From a virus (lineage: Duplodnaviria > Caudoviricetes), in IMG/VR virus record IMGVR_UViG_3300013767_000020, positions 1 to 31,098 of that record: 31,098 nucleotides of DNA; one strand, 5' to 3'. Shown here in pieces: positions 8,935-18,149 of the stretch. The number at the start of each line of letters is the position of its first letter. Within the stretch, counting starts at the first letter, position 1. The notes below the pieces were generated by a model, which worked only from the letters and a program-made list of their open reading frames with translations, searched no databases and was not told the DNA's origin. A program made the translations under genes and the position numbers.

Positions 8935-9315
8935 TCAGTTGTTCACATTGAAGTTCAACGCCACCGGGAGCCGTGTGTCCGAACTGGTGTAGAGGATGTG
9001 CACGCTCGCGCCGTTGGTGATCGGGCTAACGTCGACCTGCGGCTCAGGGGACTGCGCGACGCCCTCCTCCATGAGTACCTGTGAGCGGATCAGGCCGCGC
9101 AGCGCAGCGATATCGAGCGTCTGGCCGATCTTCGCCGGCAGGCCCACGCCGTATTCCGGGTGGAAGATGTACTCGCCCGGATTCGTCACCAAGCGCCGGA
9201 CGATGCGCTGCTGCGTGCGCAAATCACCATTGGCAGTACCGAGATCGCCGGTTGCGGACGTAGCGAGGTCCCCACCAACCCAGTGGTTGATGTCGTTCAG
9301 GAGTTGCTGGGTCAT
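8935..9315 (-). CDS. Baseplate wedge/sheath initiator (gp25/gpW-like)
   Basis: QRIVRRLVTNPGEYIFHPEYGVGL motif, size and position. Confidence 0.85.
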   Translation of the reverse strand: MTQQLLNDINHWVGGDLATSATGDLGTANGDLRTQQRIVRRLVTNPGEYIFHPEYGVGLPAKIGQTLDIAALRGLIRSQVLMEEGVAQSPEPQVDVSPITNGASVHILYTSSDTRLPVALNFNVNN

Positions 9316-9980
9316 GAGACAGGGGTCCCGGTGTTCGCGCCGCCGTTCCCGTTGCTGTGGACGTGCGAATCGTCGATGTGCTTGCCGTTGGCCGTCACCG
9401 TGCCGGTGAAGTTCGTGTTGCCGTTGATGCTCATCGAATTGCCGGTACCGTTATTGCCGGATACCGCCATACCGTTCTGGCCAGTGATCGTGTCCGTCAC
9501 CAGCAGCTTGCCGGTGATGTTCAGCGGGCCGGTGTGGTTCCATTGCGGCGCCTGACTGGTCAGCGTGCCCGCCGACACCAGCGTCACCGTGCCGTCGTTG
9601 TTGAACTTCAACTTCGAACCCGATGCATGCGTCAGGAAGAATTCGCCGGACTTCGCGCCGGTCGGCCGCTGCTGGTCGCTGAATAGCCGACCAGAGACAT
9701 AGCCATTCTCGATCTCGCCGCCGAAGAACTTCACTTCGACCTGGTCGCCGGGGCTGACTGGGGCGTCAAGACCCCATCCATTCCCGACCCATGGCGAAGC
9801 CACTGGCAGCCAGCCGGTCAGGGTGCGATCCGGGAAGTCCGGGTCTGCCGGCTCCAGCCTCACGCGGGCCGCCGCAGCGCCGGGGTCGTAGCTGGTCACA
9901 ATGCCGACGCGCGCTTCGGCACGTCCTGCCTGCGCAAGCTGCGCCTGCAGAGCCATCTGATTACGAAAGCGCTGCATCAT
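9312..9980 (-). CDS. Baseplate spike (gpV/gp45-like)
   Basis: N-terminal OB-fold pattern (GIVTSYDP...TGWLPV...PGDQV), beta-helix-like repeats, terminal HVH iron-binding motif. Confidence 0.9.
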   Translation of the reverse strand: MMQRFRNQMALQAQLAQAGRAEARVGIVTSYDPGAAAARVRLEPADPDFPDRTLTGWLPVASPWVGNGWGLDAPVSPGDQVEVKFFGGEIENGYVSGRLFSDQQRPTGAKSGEFFLTHASGSKLKFNNDGTVTLVSAGTLTSQAPQWNHTGPLNITGKLLVTDTITGQNGMAVSGNNGTGNSMSINGNTNFTGTVTANGKHIDDSHVHSNGNGGANTGTPVS

Positions 9981-11095
9981 AGAGCGGGCACCGAATCAAC
10001 GTTGTGGTTCTTCGCGGAAACGTCCATCACATAGCCAGCATCAAGGCTCATTTCGCGCGTGATGCTTTCCACGTAGTAGTCCTGATCCCAATTCGTACCG
10101 GTCCCCGTCAATCGCACCATGGCGGTTTGCGTCAGGATGTTGTCGGCCGGCAGCCTGGCACGCAGCTTCATTTCGTGCTGCGTGATGTCGTGGTGCGTCT
10201 GCTGCGCCAACTGGCTCGCCTTCTCTTGCGTCAGGCCGCCGCGGTTGATCGTGTAGATTTGTTGATTGCCAAACGGGGAAGCCTTACCTGCCTGCGTCGC
10301 CTTTCCCTTGCTGGGGTAGTAGCCGACGATCCGATTGGATGGCTTCAAATTCCATGAGCGCACCACTACCGTGATCCCCTTTGCCACCGTCAGGCTGCGC
10401 GACAGGCGCAAATCCTGAACATTGGCCGAAGGGTTGCCCCTCTCGTCGACCGTCCAGCGAAGTTCGTAAGGCTCTGGCGGAGCCGGCGGCCGGGGCTCGA
10501 AGTGCAACTCCATCCCCTTCACGTAACACACGTACCCCTCTTCGGAGGCAAGCCACGTCAGCAAATCCCACTCGCTGCGCTGGTCCTCCATCCGGATATG
10601 GTCGTACGTGTAGAACGTCCCAGCCACGGTGTTTGTGGCAGTCACTACCGGCGTCAGCCCGTGAGCCTTGGCCAGATTCGTTGCAATGTCCGACGACCGC
10701 AGATTCTGGTACGCAATCGACGTTTTTGCATCGATGAAGGCTGCCGTCAGGTCGCGCCCTGTGACCGTAATGAGTGTCGAAACTGGGTCATAGTCGATGT
10801 CATCGATTCGCCCGTAAAACAGGCTGGTCAGGTCCGTTTCGCTATAGCTCGTCGGATCGGCCGGGAAGCCCGCGAAGATCTCCACGAACGCTTCCGTCTG
10901 CAGCGATAGCCAGTTGGCGTTCGTCTCTGGCGCCATCGCGCTAGCGGCGAAACTGACGCGGAAGGTATCGGCCTGGTAGAAGGTGTTGTTGTCCACCGAC
11001 CAACTGACCCATGCGGGCACCTGAATGCCAGCCACTTTCACGATGGCGCGCGGCTGCCGGACGACCGGCTGTACAGGGAGGTCGTTCAGGCTCAT
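9977..11095 (-). CDS. Baseplate hub (late control D/Mu gp44-like)
   Basis: ADTFRVSF, LFYGRID, ITVTGRDLTA, SEWDLLTWLASEEG motifs; position. Confidence 0.85.
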   Translation of the reverse strand: MSLNDLPVQPVVRQPRAIVKVAGIQVPAWVSWSVDNNTFYQADTFRVSFAASAMAPETNANWLSLQTEAFVEIFAGFPADPTSYSETDLTSLFYGRIDDIDYDPVSTLITVTGRDLTAAFIDAKTSIAYQNLRSSDIATNLAKAHGLTPVVTATNTVAGTFYTYDHIRMEDQRSEWDLLTWLASEEGYVCYVKGMELHFEPRPPAPPEPYELRWTVDERGNPSANVQDLRLSRSLTVAKGITVVVRSWNLKPSNRIVGYYPSKGKATQAGKASPFGNQQIYTINRGGLTQEKASQLAQQTHHDITQHEMKLRARLPADNILTQTAMVRLTGTGTNWDQDYYVESITREMSLDAGYVMDVSAKNHNVDSVPAL

Positions 11096-11103
11096 AGGTC
11101 AAG

Positions 11104-11127
11104 AAAAAGCCCCGCACTTGGCGGGGC
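11104..11127 (-). terminator. Intrinsic terminator
   Basis: GCCCCGC/GCGGGGC stem plus TTTTTCTT on the minus strand. Confidence 0.7.
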
Positions 11128-11128
11128 G

Positions 11129-12091
11129 TCAGGAGTTCAGCAGACCGCCGACACTGTCTTTGGATGGCGGGATCGTTACCGTCTGGATGCCGGTCAATTG
11201 CGGATCGCCGCCGAGTTGCGGGTTAGCCTTCGCAATGCCGGTCCATGCCATTGCATCGCCCCACTCTTTGGCCGCGATGTTCATCAGATTGCCACCGGCG
11301 ACCGTCAACTGCTTGGCGCTGCTGTAGATCGAGTCGACGTTCAATTGCATCCGGCCGACGACACGGTCAAGCTCCACCAAAACCGGCAACTGCTGAGCCG
11401 CGACGATCTGACTCGTGATCTTCGAGACCTGCGTCGAAATCGGGTTGTTCGGCAGGATGCCGCCCAGCGTCGTGGCGTTGATCAGCGTGTTGTTCGTCGC
11501 GGCGATCAGCGCCTGAGTCTGCGTCCGGAGCGCCGCCATCGGCTGCAGAACGCTGTTCAGCGTCGACTGCGCGGCATTGGCGAAGCTCGACACGCCATTG
11601 ATGGCCGTTTGCATCGTAGAAAACAAGCCGCTCAATGTCGCGTCGCCGATCGACGATGCCAGGCCGGATGCCGTCGCGAGATCGCCATTGATCAGGCTGT
11701 CGATACCAGGAGTCGACTGGCCACCGGCGAAGTTCGTCAGGTCGCTGACCACCTCGCATGTGATGCGGTACGGGATTTGATAGGAGCGCTGAAAATCGGT
11801 ACGAAAGTCGCGGATGACCACCGAGAACGCCAACTCGGACCACTGCAGCAGCAGGCTGTTGCCCGCCACCCGCAACCGGTCTAACTCGCGCGCCCGGGAT
11901 AGCGCATTCTGCCCAAGCAGCCAGCCGGACCACTCGATGGGAGCCGGAAAAGCCCCCATCGCGTCGACCTGCTTCGTGCCGCCAACCAGCCGATGCACTG
12001 CGAGCGCCTGTTCGCCGCCAAATGGCAGTGACTCGGGAATTTCCTGTCGTTGGAACTGGAAACTCCCGAGCCGTAGTACGAGGTCAGGCAT
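11129..12091 (-). CDS. Tail tube initiator with C-terminal LysM-like domain
   Basis: Follows tape measure; C-terminal NLMNIAAKEWGDAMAWTGIAKANP is LysM/gpX-like. Confidence 0.75.
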   Translation of the reverse strand: MPDLVLRLGSFQFQRQEIPESLPFGGEQALAVHRLVGGTKQVDAMGAFPAPIEWSGWLLGQNALSRARELDRLRVAGNSLLLQWSELAFSVVIRDFRTDFQRSYQIPYRITCEVVSDLTNFAGGQSTPGIDSLINGDLATASGLASSIGDATLSGLFSTMQTAINGVSSFANAAQSTLNSVLQPMAALRTQTQALIAATNNTLINATTLGGILPNNPISTQVSKITSQIVAAQQLPVLVELDRVVGRMQLNVDSIYSSAKQLTVAGGNLMNIAAKEWGDAMAWTGIAKANPQLGGDPQLTGIQTVTIPPSKDSVGGLLNS

Positions 12092-12094
12092 GTG

Positions 12095-13909
12095 TTACCT
12101 CAGTGATGGCGGACGCATGGCCAGGCTGGTGTCGAAACCGCTGGGCCCGGTCTGCGGCCGACTCATGTCGCGTTCGTAGTTGTTCCACAGCACCGCGCCC
12201 ACCTTTCGAGAATCCAGGTAGACGTCCCCCTTCGGGGCCGCTGACTTGCTGCCGCCACTTCGCACGAATGGGCTCTTCCCGTCTCCGCCAAGTTCGCCGG
12301 CAGCGATTCGCCGCTGCGCTTCCGGCGTCAGCTTCACGCCGCCGTCGGTCTTGTAGGAGTCGATCTCGCCCTGAGTCATCGGCCGGAAGGCATACGCTGC
12401 GGCGGCCAGCGTGCCGAGCGCCAGGACAGCGATCCCGATCGGGCTGGCCAGCGCACCGAGGGCGCCCACCAGTGCAGTCGGGCCCACCCCACCGATCATT
12501 GCAGCGATGCTGCCGATATTGAGAAGTGCCAAGCCAGAGAGCGCAGCCTTTACCAACAGCAGGCCGCCGCCGAGCAGCGCTAGGGCGGAAAGTGCCGCGC
12601 CAAAGGCCATGATCACCTTCGTCAGGACCGGGAAGTCCTTGGCGAACCTCGTTACCCGATCGATGACCCCGATCAGCAGTTCCATCCCTTTGATCGCCAT
12701 GGGCAGGATCTTTTGCCCAAGTTCCAGCTTCAGGCTCGCCAGTTTGGCCTCCAGTTCCAACTCCTTGCCGGCCATGGTCTTGCTGCCACTGTCATACAGC
12801 CCGGAAATTCCGGCCGCCTTCTTGGCGCGCTCGGTGTACAAATCCGCGATCTTCTGTTCGCGGACGAACTGATCAGCCAGGTTTGATGCAGTGCGAATGC
12901 CGAACAGCGACGCCAACTGCATATTGAGATCGTCGCCCTTGTGCCCCTGCTTTTGCAGGAGTGGGACAACCACATCATTGATGTACTTGAATGGGTTGTC
13001 GGAAAATTCCTTGGCCCGGATGATCCCCATCGGGTCGACGCCGGTAATGTGGCCGGTCTTGCCGTAGTGGATTGCGTTCGGGTCCAGCAGCCCAAGCCCT
13101 GCCATGCGCTCCGCGATACGCTGCGGCATGCGCCCCATAGCCCAGTTCTGGAACATGGACATGGCCGCCGTACCGGTGCGCGAGCCGCCGGACTCCTGCA
13201 TGAAGTGCCCGAGCCCATAGAAGAACATCTCGGGCTGCATCATCTTCGTGGAGACGCCGCCGGTCTTGATGGCTGCAAGGTAGTCCTGCGGCTTCACCAG
13301 GCCACCGCTGGCGACATAGGCCTGCGTCATCATGTTCAGCGCCTGACCGAACTTCTGGGGGTCGATTTCACCCGTTTCCCGGTTGACCAAGGCGCCGCGC
13401 AGTTCCGTAACCTTGATGGCGGACTGGAACATCTGTTCGAATTTCGAGCTGTGCTCGGCGCCCATGACCGACTCAAGGCCGAACTTCATCTTCGCCAGAA
13501 GTGGGACGACCTCCTGAGCATGGTGGAAATCCCCCATGATCGAGGTGGCCTCGCGCAGCAGCTTCATGTTGTCGCGGGCCGACTGGCCCATGACGTTCAT
13601 GCCCTTGGCGAACTTGTCAGCCTGCGAGGTAACGGCATCCCCCAGCCCGAGCGCGCGGAAACGCTCCAATTCGGTCTGGTATCTCTTGGCCTCTTCGAGA
13701 GGGCCTTGCAACATTTTGAAGCCGCCAGCGCCGGCAGCGGCTAAAATGCCCCCAGCGGCGGTCATTTTCCCGATCCTGGCCAAGCGGGATTCCAATTCCT
13801 TGGAATCCATGTTGACGCGCTTGAAATGCCCGGAAAGCATCGCCATCCCGCGCGAAACATTCTCGACAAGCGAGATCTGTACCGCGATTTTGTAGGCGTC
13901 GAAGCTCAT
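12095..13909 (-). CDS. Tape measure protein
   Basis: 604 aa Ala/Gly-rich helical protein with hydrophobic C-terminal segments, downstream of the tube and chaperone genes. Confidence 0.85.
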   Translation of the reverse strand: MSFDAYKIAVQISLVENVSRGMAMLSGHFKRVNMDSKELESRLARIGKMTAAGGILAAAGAGGFKMLQGPLEEAKRYQTELERFRALGLGDAVTSQADKFAKGMNVMGQSARDNMKLLREATSIMGDFHHAQEVVPLLAKMKFGLESVMGAEHSSKFEQMFQSAIKVTELRGALVNRETGEIDPQKFGQALNMMTQAYVASGGLVKPQDYLAAIKTGGVSTKMMQPEMFFYGLGHFMQESGGSRTGTAAMSMFQNWAMGRMPQRIAERMAGLGLLDPNAIHYGKTGHITGVDPMGIIRAKEFSDNPFKYINDVVVPLLQKQGHKGDDLNMQLASLFGIRTASNLADQFVREQKIADLYTERAKKAAGISGLYDSGSKTMAGKELELEAKLASLKLELGQKILPMAIKGMELLIGVIDRVTRFAKDFPVLTKVIMAFGAALSALALLGGGLLLVKAALSGLALLNIGSIAAMIGGVGPTALVGALGALASPIGIAVLALGTLAAAAYAFRPMTQGEIDSYKTDGGVKLTPEAQRRIAAGELGGDGKSPFVRSGGSKSAAPKGDVYLDSRKVGAVLWNNYERDMSRPQTGPSGFDTSLAMRPPSLR

Positions 13910-14129
13910 GAATATCCTTTTCCGTGCTCAGGAATGGCTTGCCGATCGGGTTTCGTTCATCCAATACCCGAACGTCAGGCGCGTTTTGCCGCAGCGCGCC
14001 ATGCCACGCAAGCTGTCGCTGGCCGAGGGCGTGCTGGTCGGCGTCGGCTCGGCCATCGTGCTCGCGGTTGGCGCCGGCATGGTAATCGCCGGCTGCTTCG
14101 TGTTGTACGTGATCGTCAGCAGCCTCTAA
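13908..14129 (+). CDS. Small membrane protein on the opposite strand (moron-like)
   Basis: 73 aa, long C-terminal hydrophobic stretch; exactly fills the gap between two minus-strand genes; no clear RBS. Confidence 0.5.
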   Translation: MNILFRAQEWLADRVSFIQYPNVRRVLPQRAMPRKLSLAEGVLVGVGSAIVLAVGAGMVIAGCFVLYVIVSSL

Positions 14130-14593
14130 ACGTCGTAGTCCAGCGCGTTGCCGCCGACGATGCCTGTAATCACCGCCCCTCCGACCAATTTCTTCACATC
14201 GTCGATGTGTTCGTACGCTGCCGAGCCAAGAAACGGCCGCGGCGGTATCTTGTCTGTCCCCAATTCCTGATAGACGGCAATATCAGACGTGGAGCCGATG
14301 ATCGCTGTAAGGTGACCGTCCGTTTCGTGGCTGATGGAGTCGCGCAACTCGCCGGTCCGCAGCAGGGGGTCGTTCTCAGTGAAGCCAAGCCGGGACCGCT
14401 CTTTCTTGGTGCTGTCCGCCAGCTCCGGCCACGCGTCATGCATGCCGTTGGCATCCTGATACTCCCCGATCTTGTCTCGGGCAGCCTTGTCGATCTTGGC
14501 GGCGGCCTTTTCCAGCCCGTGCTCAAGCGCAACCAGCAGTCGAGCGTCGGCGGTGGCGAACTGCAGCGCCATTTCAGCAAGCGACAGGTTCAT
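14126..14593 (-). CDS. HK97 gp10/Mu gpG-like neck or tail completion protein
   Basis: WPELADST, PLLRTGELRDSI, AVYQELGTDKIPPRPFLG motifs. Confidence 0.85.
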   Translation of the reverse strand: MNLSLAEMALQFATADARLLVALEHGLEKAAAKIDKAARDKIGEYQDANGMHDAWPELADSTKKERSRLGFTENDPLLRTGELRDSISHETDGHLTAIIGSTSDIAVYQELGTDKIPPRPFLGSAAYEHIDDVKKLVGGAVITGIVGGNALDYDV

Positions 14594-14595
14594 CC

Positions 14596-14769
14596 CTACT
14601 CCTTGAACGACATGGTGTTCAGGTCAAACTCAGCGCCTTGGAACTCGCTGCATTTGATGGCCATCGCCTGCCGCATTGCATCATCGAGGGAAAACGCCAC
14701 GTCGAACGGAACACCGTTATGCACGAGCCAAATTGCCTCGTGAAACGGGCCGTCCGTCAGGAGTTTTTT
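14596..14769 (-). CDS. -1 frameshift extension of the tail assembly chaperone (gpGT-like)
   Basis: Slippery A AAA AAC at 14763-14769 just before the chaperone stop; -1 frame open as LLTDGPFHEAIWLVHNGVPFDVAFSLDDAMRQAMAIKCSEFQGAEFDLNTMSFKE*. Confidence 0.8.
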   Translation of the reverse strand, partial: KKLLTDGPFHEAIWLVHNGVPFDVAFSLDDAMRQAMAIKCSEFQGAEFDLNTMSFKE

Positions 14770-15119
14770 ACTTCGGCCTCCACGGCAGGCGCCTGGCCGC
14801 TGAAATTCGCCGCCACGCCGCGCTGAGCCGCTTCGTTGCCCTCGTCGCCCAGGCGCTGATACAGCGCGCGCAATTGCGGCTCAGTGGAAGGTGTCGGGAC
14901 TGAGTCGCCGTCGATCGCGGCAACGAACTTCAGGTGCGCGACTTCGGCCAGATACAGGACGTTCAACTCGGAGCTGCCGGCCGCCTTGGCAAAGTCAAGA
15001 TTGGCCAGCGGGTTCGGCTTGCGCAGCGTGATCTTGCGGCCGAGCGCGTCGTCAACGACGACTTCCTTGGCGGATGCCTTGATGATCTGCGCGGAGGGGG
15101 TAAGCGTTACGGTCGTCAT
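14757..15119 (-). CDS. Tail assembly chaperone
   Basis: Directly follows tail tube; GRKITLRKP motif; ends at a slippery site. Confidence 0.8.
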   Translation of the reverse strand: MTTVTLTPSAQIIKASAKEVVVDDALGRKITLRKPNPLANLDFAKAAGSSELNVLYLAEVAHLKFVAAIDGDSVPTPSTEPQLRALYQRLGDEGNEAAQRGVAANFSGQAPAVEAEVKNS

Positions 15120-15550
15120 CAGGCCACCAGGTAGCGGCGCGAGGCCACGAAGTTAATCGATTGTTTGACGGTCGCGTCGCCGGCACGGTTGCCAGCGTCG
15201 GCTAGGGTCATCAGCACGCCGTCATAGCGGTATTGCGACACAGCGCCATTGGCTTCTTGGATCGTCTCGTAGATCTGCGCCGGCTGCTCATTGATGCCTG
15301 CGTAGTAGTTCGACTCCAAGCCCGCAAACCAGCGATCAACGGTCGCATCCTGGCGCTCGATGTCGAACGAGCCGGACCACCCATCAAAGAAGCGCACATG
15401 GTCAGTGATGCCGTCCAGGCGTTTGACGCGCACGTCGGTCACGTCCTGCTTGCTCTTGAACGAAGTGAGCTTGTTCAGTTGCAGCGGGCCCGTCGCGGTC
15501 TGGATGACCAGCGTGTAGTCGCGCCCGACGGAATAGCCATTAATCGGCAT
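15119..15550 (-). CDS. Tail tube protein
   Basis: 143 aa beta-rich protein immediately after the sheath. Confidence 0.8.
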   Translation of the reverse strand: MPINGYSVGRDYTLVIQTATGPLQLNKLTSFKSKQDVTDVRVKRLDGITDHVRFFDGWSGSFDIERQDATVDRWFAGLESNYYAGINEQPAQIYETIQEANGAVSQYRYDGVLMTLADAGNRAGDATVKQSINFVASRRYLVA

Positions 15551-15561
15551 TGCTTTCTCCG

Positions 15562-15586
15562 AAAAGAAAAAACCCGCCGAAGCGGG
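15562..15586 (-). terminator. Intrinsic terminator between sheath and tube
   Basis: CCCGC-TTCG-GCGGG stem plus TTTTTTCTTTT on the minus strand. Confidence 0.75.
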
Positions 15587-15608
15587 CTATGGTGTTCAGT
15601 GGGGTGCG

Positions 15609-17141
15609 TTACTGGTTGCTGGTCGAGGTGCGGATCACCGTGGCCTGACTGCCTTCCACGTTGACCAGGAACTTCTCGATCACCGACAGGTAGATCACCT
15701 TCACATCCGCCTGGAGGTATCCAAGCGCCACGCGAGCCAGCGGGTTGTTGTTGGCGTCGATCTGCACCGAGAACGACGGGCCGCCGTTGACGGCACCGAT
15801 CATTCCCTGCTGCTCCATCGAACTGAAGAAGTTCGACAGCGTGGCTGCGGCCTGCGCGCGCACCGTGACCGACTGCAACTGGCCGACGTACTTGCCCATG
15901 CCAGCGTTGATCGTGCTGGCGATGTAGTTCGTCATACGGGTGTAGTTGTCCCCGTAGGTCAGCGAGTTCGAGCTGGTGTTGTGGCCAGCGCGGCAGCCGA
16001 AGTAGGAACCACCCGGCACCGGGTTGGTGATCAGGTCGATGCCGGCCTGAATCAGCGTCTGCAGCTCGGCGCTCGAATACTGTTGGTTGGCATACGACTT
16101 CTGCGTGCCGACGACGCCGTACAACTGCTTGTTCAGCGACGAGTTCTGCGGCGAGAGGTTGGCCAGCAGTCCGGCGACAAAGCCCTGCGGCGAAACCAGA
16201 CGTGTCACGCCGTTGACCGTGTCGAGCCAGTAGACCCAGTCGCCGAACAGCAGCTTGAATGCATACGAATCGATGCCGGCCGTGCTCTTGGTGCTGGTCG
16301 CGTTGGTGATCGTGTCGCCGGCCGGGCCGACGCCGATCATGTAGATGCCCTCGGACAGGCCGAACGTTACCTGAGTGGCCCAGCTCGTCGAGTCGTCGCA
16401 GTCCGCCAGCATGGCGACGGATGCACCGGTATTGCGCAGGGCGTACATGCCCTTGCGGGGCACCGTATCCACGCCGAGCAGAACCGAGCCGGAGATCGTC
16501 GTAGCGCCATCCAAGCCACCGGACAGCGTGGTCGTGCCGGCGGACGGAGCAGTCACGCCTACACCTGCCGAGGCGGTGAGGATCTGCGACGGGCCACGCG
16601 TGACGCTGTTGCCGTTGTTGATGGCGGCAGCGATCGCCAGCCACAGCGCATTGCCTGACAGGCCAGATCCGATGTTGTCGAAGACCTCCGGCGACAGTGT
16701 CGGCGCTGCGATGGTCGCCTTCCAGGTGTTCGCGGCAGAGCCAGCGGCCAGCGTGAGCGACACGGTATTGCCGAGCGTGCCGGTGTACTTGCCCGTCAGC
16801 GTCAGACAGTTGGTCAGAATCGTCGCTGTGGCGGCGGCATCGGTGCCGTCCGTCACACGCACGCAGCGGAAGTTGTTCGCGCCCTGCTGGACAGCCACAG
16901 CAATTGCGGTGCCCATGTCGTACTTGCGGTTCTGGATCGCGCCGAACGTGCGCGCGTACGCCGCCATGTCGCCGATGATAGTCGGCGAGTTGGTCGGGCC
17001 CCATTGCGCGGTCCCGACGACGCCCAAAACGTTGGTCGGGACGCCGTTCAGCAGGGCGACACTCGGCGGCTGGACCTGAACGTACAAATCCGGGACTATC
17101 AGCGCCGTCGTGTTGATCGAGCCGGCCTGGACGATTGGCAT
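15609..17141 (-). CDS. Contractile tail sheath protein
   Basis: Start MPIV after GGAGG; PDLYVQ, GVVGTAQWGP, LSGGLDG, VSPQGFVAG, YTRMTNYI motifs. Confidence 0.93.
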   Translation of the reverse strand: MPIVQAGSINTTALIVPDLYVQVQPPSVALLNGVPTNVLGVVGTAQWGPTNSPTIIGDMAAYARTFGAIQNRKYDMGTAIAVAVQQGANNFRCVRVTDGTDAAATATILTNCLTLTGKYTGTLGNTVSLTLAAGSAANTWKATIAAPTLSPEVFDNIGSGLSGNALWLAIAAAINNGNSVTRGPSQILTASAGVGVTAPSAGTTTLSGGLDGATTISGSVLLGVDTVPRKGMYALRNTGASVAMLADCDDSTSWATQVTFGLSEGIYMIGVGPAGDTITNATSTKSTAGIDSYAFKLLFGDWVYWLDTVNGVTRLVSPQGFVAGLLANLSPQNSSLNKQLYGVVGTQKSYANQQYSSAELQTLIQAGIDLITNPVPGGSYFGCRAGHNTSSNSLTYGDNYTRMTNYIASTINAGMGKYVGQLQSVTVRAQAAATLSNFFSSMEQQGMIGAVNGGPSFSVQIDANNNPLARVALGYLQADVKVIYLSVIEKFLVNVEGSQATVIRTSTSNQ

Positions 17142-17152
17142 GTTGCCTCCAC

Positions 17153-17181
17153 AAAATAAAAAAGCCACCCGAAGGTGGCTT
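17153..17181 (-). terminator. Intrinsic terminator after HNH gene
   Basis: AAGCCACC-TTCG-GGTGGCTT plus T tract on the minus strand. Confidence 0.8.
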
Positions 17182-17201
17182 GTGAGAGTCGAAAATCTGC
17201 T

Positions 17202-17918
17202 TTAAAGCAATCGCCCGTTTTCCATGGCGAAGTCGAATGGGTCCTTGTCCTTCTTGCGAAGGTTGCAGCGCTTGCATAGCAACTGAAGGTTGCTAGGCCA
17301 ATTTGAGCCACCCTTACTTAGCGCGACGATGTGGTCGACGTGGTATCCGCGACGGATACAACAGCCACAGCATGCGCATCGCCCGCGCTGAGAAGCGAAC
17401 AACTGCGAGATGTCCTTGCCGGTGTGATGGCCTGGCGCGGCACGCTTTCTTGCCTTGTAGTTCCACCGGAGAGCGCGGACCGCCTCAGGATTGGCTTGGC
17501 GCCACTCCCTGCTTTTCATCGCAACGTAATCCGCATTTCTTTCTTGCCATTTGCGCATGGCAGAAAGCCTCTTCGGTTTGTGCTTATAGTAATCCGCCAG
17601 CGCCCATTCGGCCCTCTTGGCTGGATTCTTCCTCGCCCAAGCCGCATTGAGCGCATCAAGGCGTTCGCGATTCGCCTGATAGTAGGCGGCGTAGTATGGC
17701 CTCATGCGCTCGCGATTTGCTTCGGCCCAAGCCTTATTCGTTGCCCGCTTCTTCTCGCTGTTTTGCTCATACCAGCGCCTGCTGTCAGCGCTTTTGCATG
17801 CCTTGCAGTGAGATGAGAGCCCATCCCTGCTGGACTTGCGCTTGACGAAGTCGACTGCGGGCTTAGATTCGCCGCACTTTGTGCAGCATTTGACCGTGCT
17901 AGAATGCACATCAGCCAT
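17202..17918 (-). CDS. HNH endonuclease with N-terminal Zn ribbon and basic helical repeats
   Basis: CTKC...CKAC at the N-terminus; CACCG...HVDHIVALSKGGSNWPSNLQLLCKRCN canonical HNH; AGGAG RBS. Confidence 0.92.
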   Translation of the reverse strand: MADVHSSTVKCCTKCGESKPAVDFVKRKSSRDGLSSHCKACKSADSRRWYEQNSEKKRATNKAWAEANRERMRPYYAAYYQANRERLDALNAAWARKNPAKRAEWALADYYKHKPKRLSAMRKWQERNADYVAMKSREWRQANPEAVRALRWNYKARKRAAPGHHTGKDISQLFASQRGRCACCGCCIRRGYHVDHIVALSKGGSNWPSNLQLLCKRCNLRKKDKDPFDFAMENGRLL

Positions 17919-17995
17919 CGTTTGCTCCTGTAAAGCAGATGGTGGTTAGGAAGCCCGCACAGCGCGTCAACGCTTGCGGGCTTCCGTCATTTTAC
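17900..17995 (+). ncRNA. Predicted cis-antisense RNA module over the HNH RBS/start (copy 2)
   Basis: Extended -10 TGcTAGAAT (hexamer 17900-17905), CCATC/GATGG hairpin, GAAGCCCGC/GCGGGCTTC hairpin, ATTTTAC; homologous to 7025-7120. Confidence 0.6.
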
Positions 17996-18147
17996 GCCTT
18001 CGCGCCAGTCTTTGCTGGCGGATCGGCCGCGACCTGTACAACGTATGCAGATTGCTCGCTGCCGAGAATGGCCTTGATGGCGTCGGCGTCGGTGATCTGG
18101 TCGCCCACCTGGTAGGCGCCAAACGGCACCGTCACAACGAGTTTCAT
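17992..18147 (-). CDS. Small pre-sheath protein (51 aa)
   Basis: Read by hand: GGAG RBS, MKLVVTVPFGAYQVGDQITDADAIKAILGSEQSAYVVQVAADPPAKTGAKA*; small genes are common at this position in myophages. Confidence 0.7.
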   Translation of the reverse strand: MKLVVTVPFGAYQVGDQITDADAIKAILGSEQSAYVVQVAADPPAKTGAKA

Positions 18148-18149
18148 GG

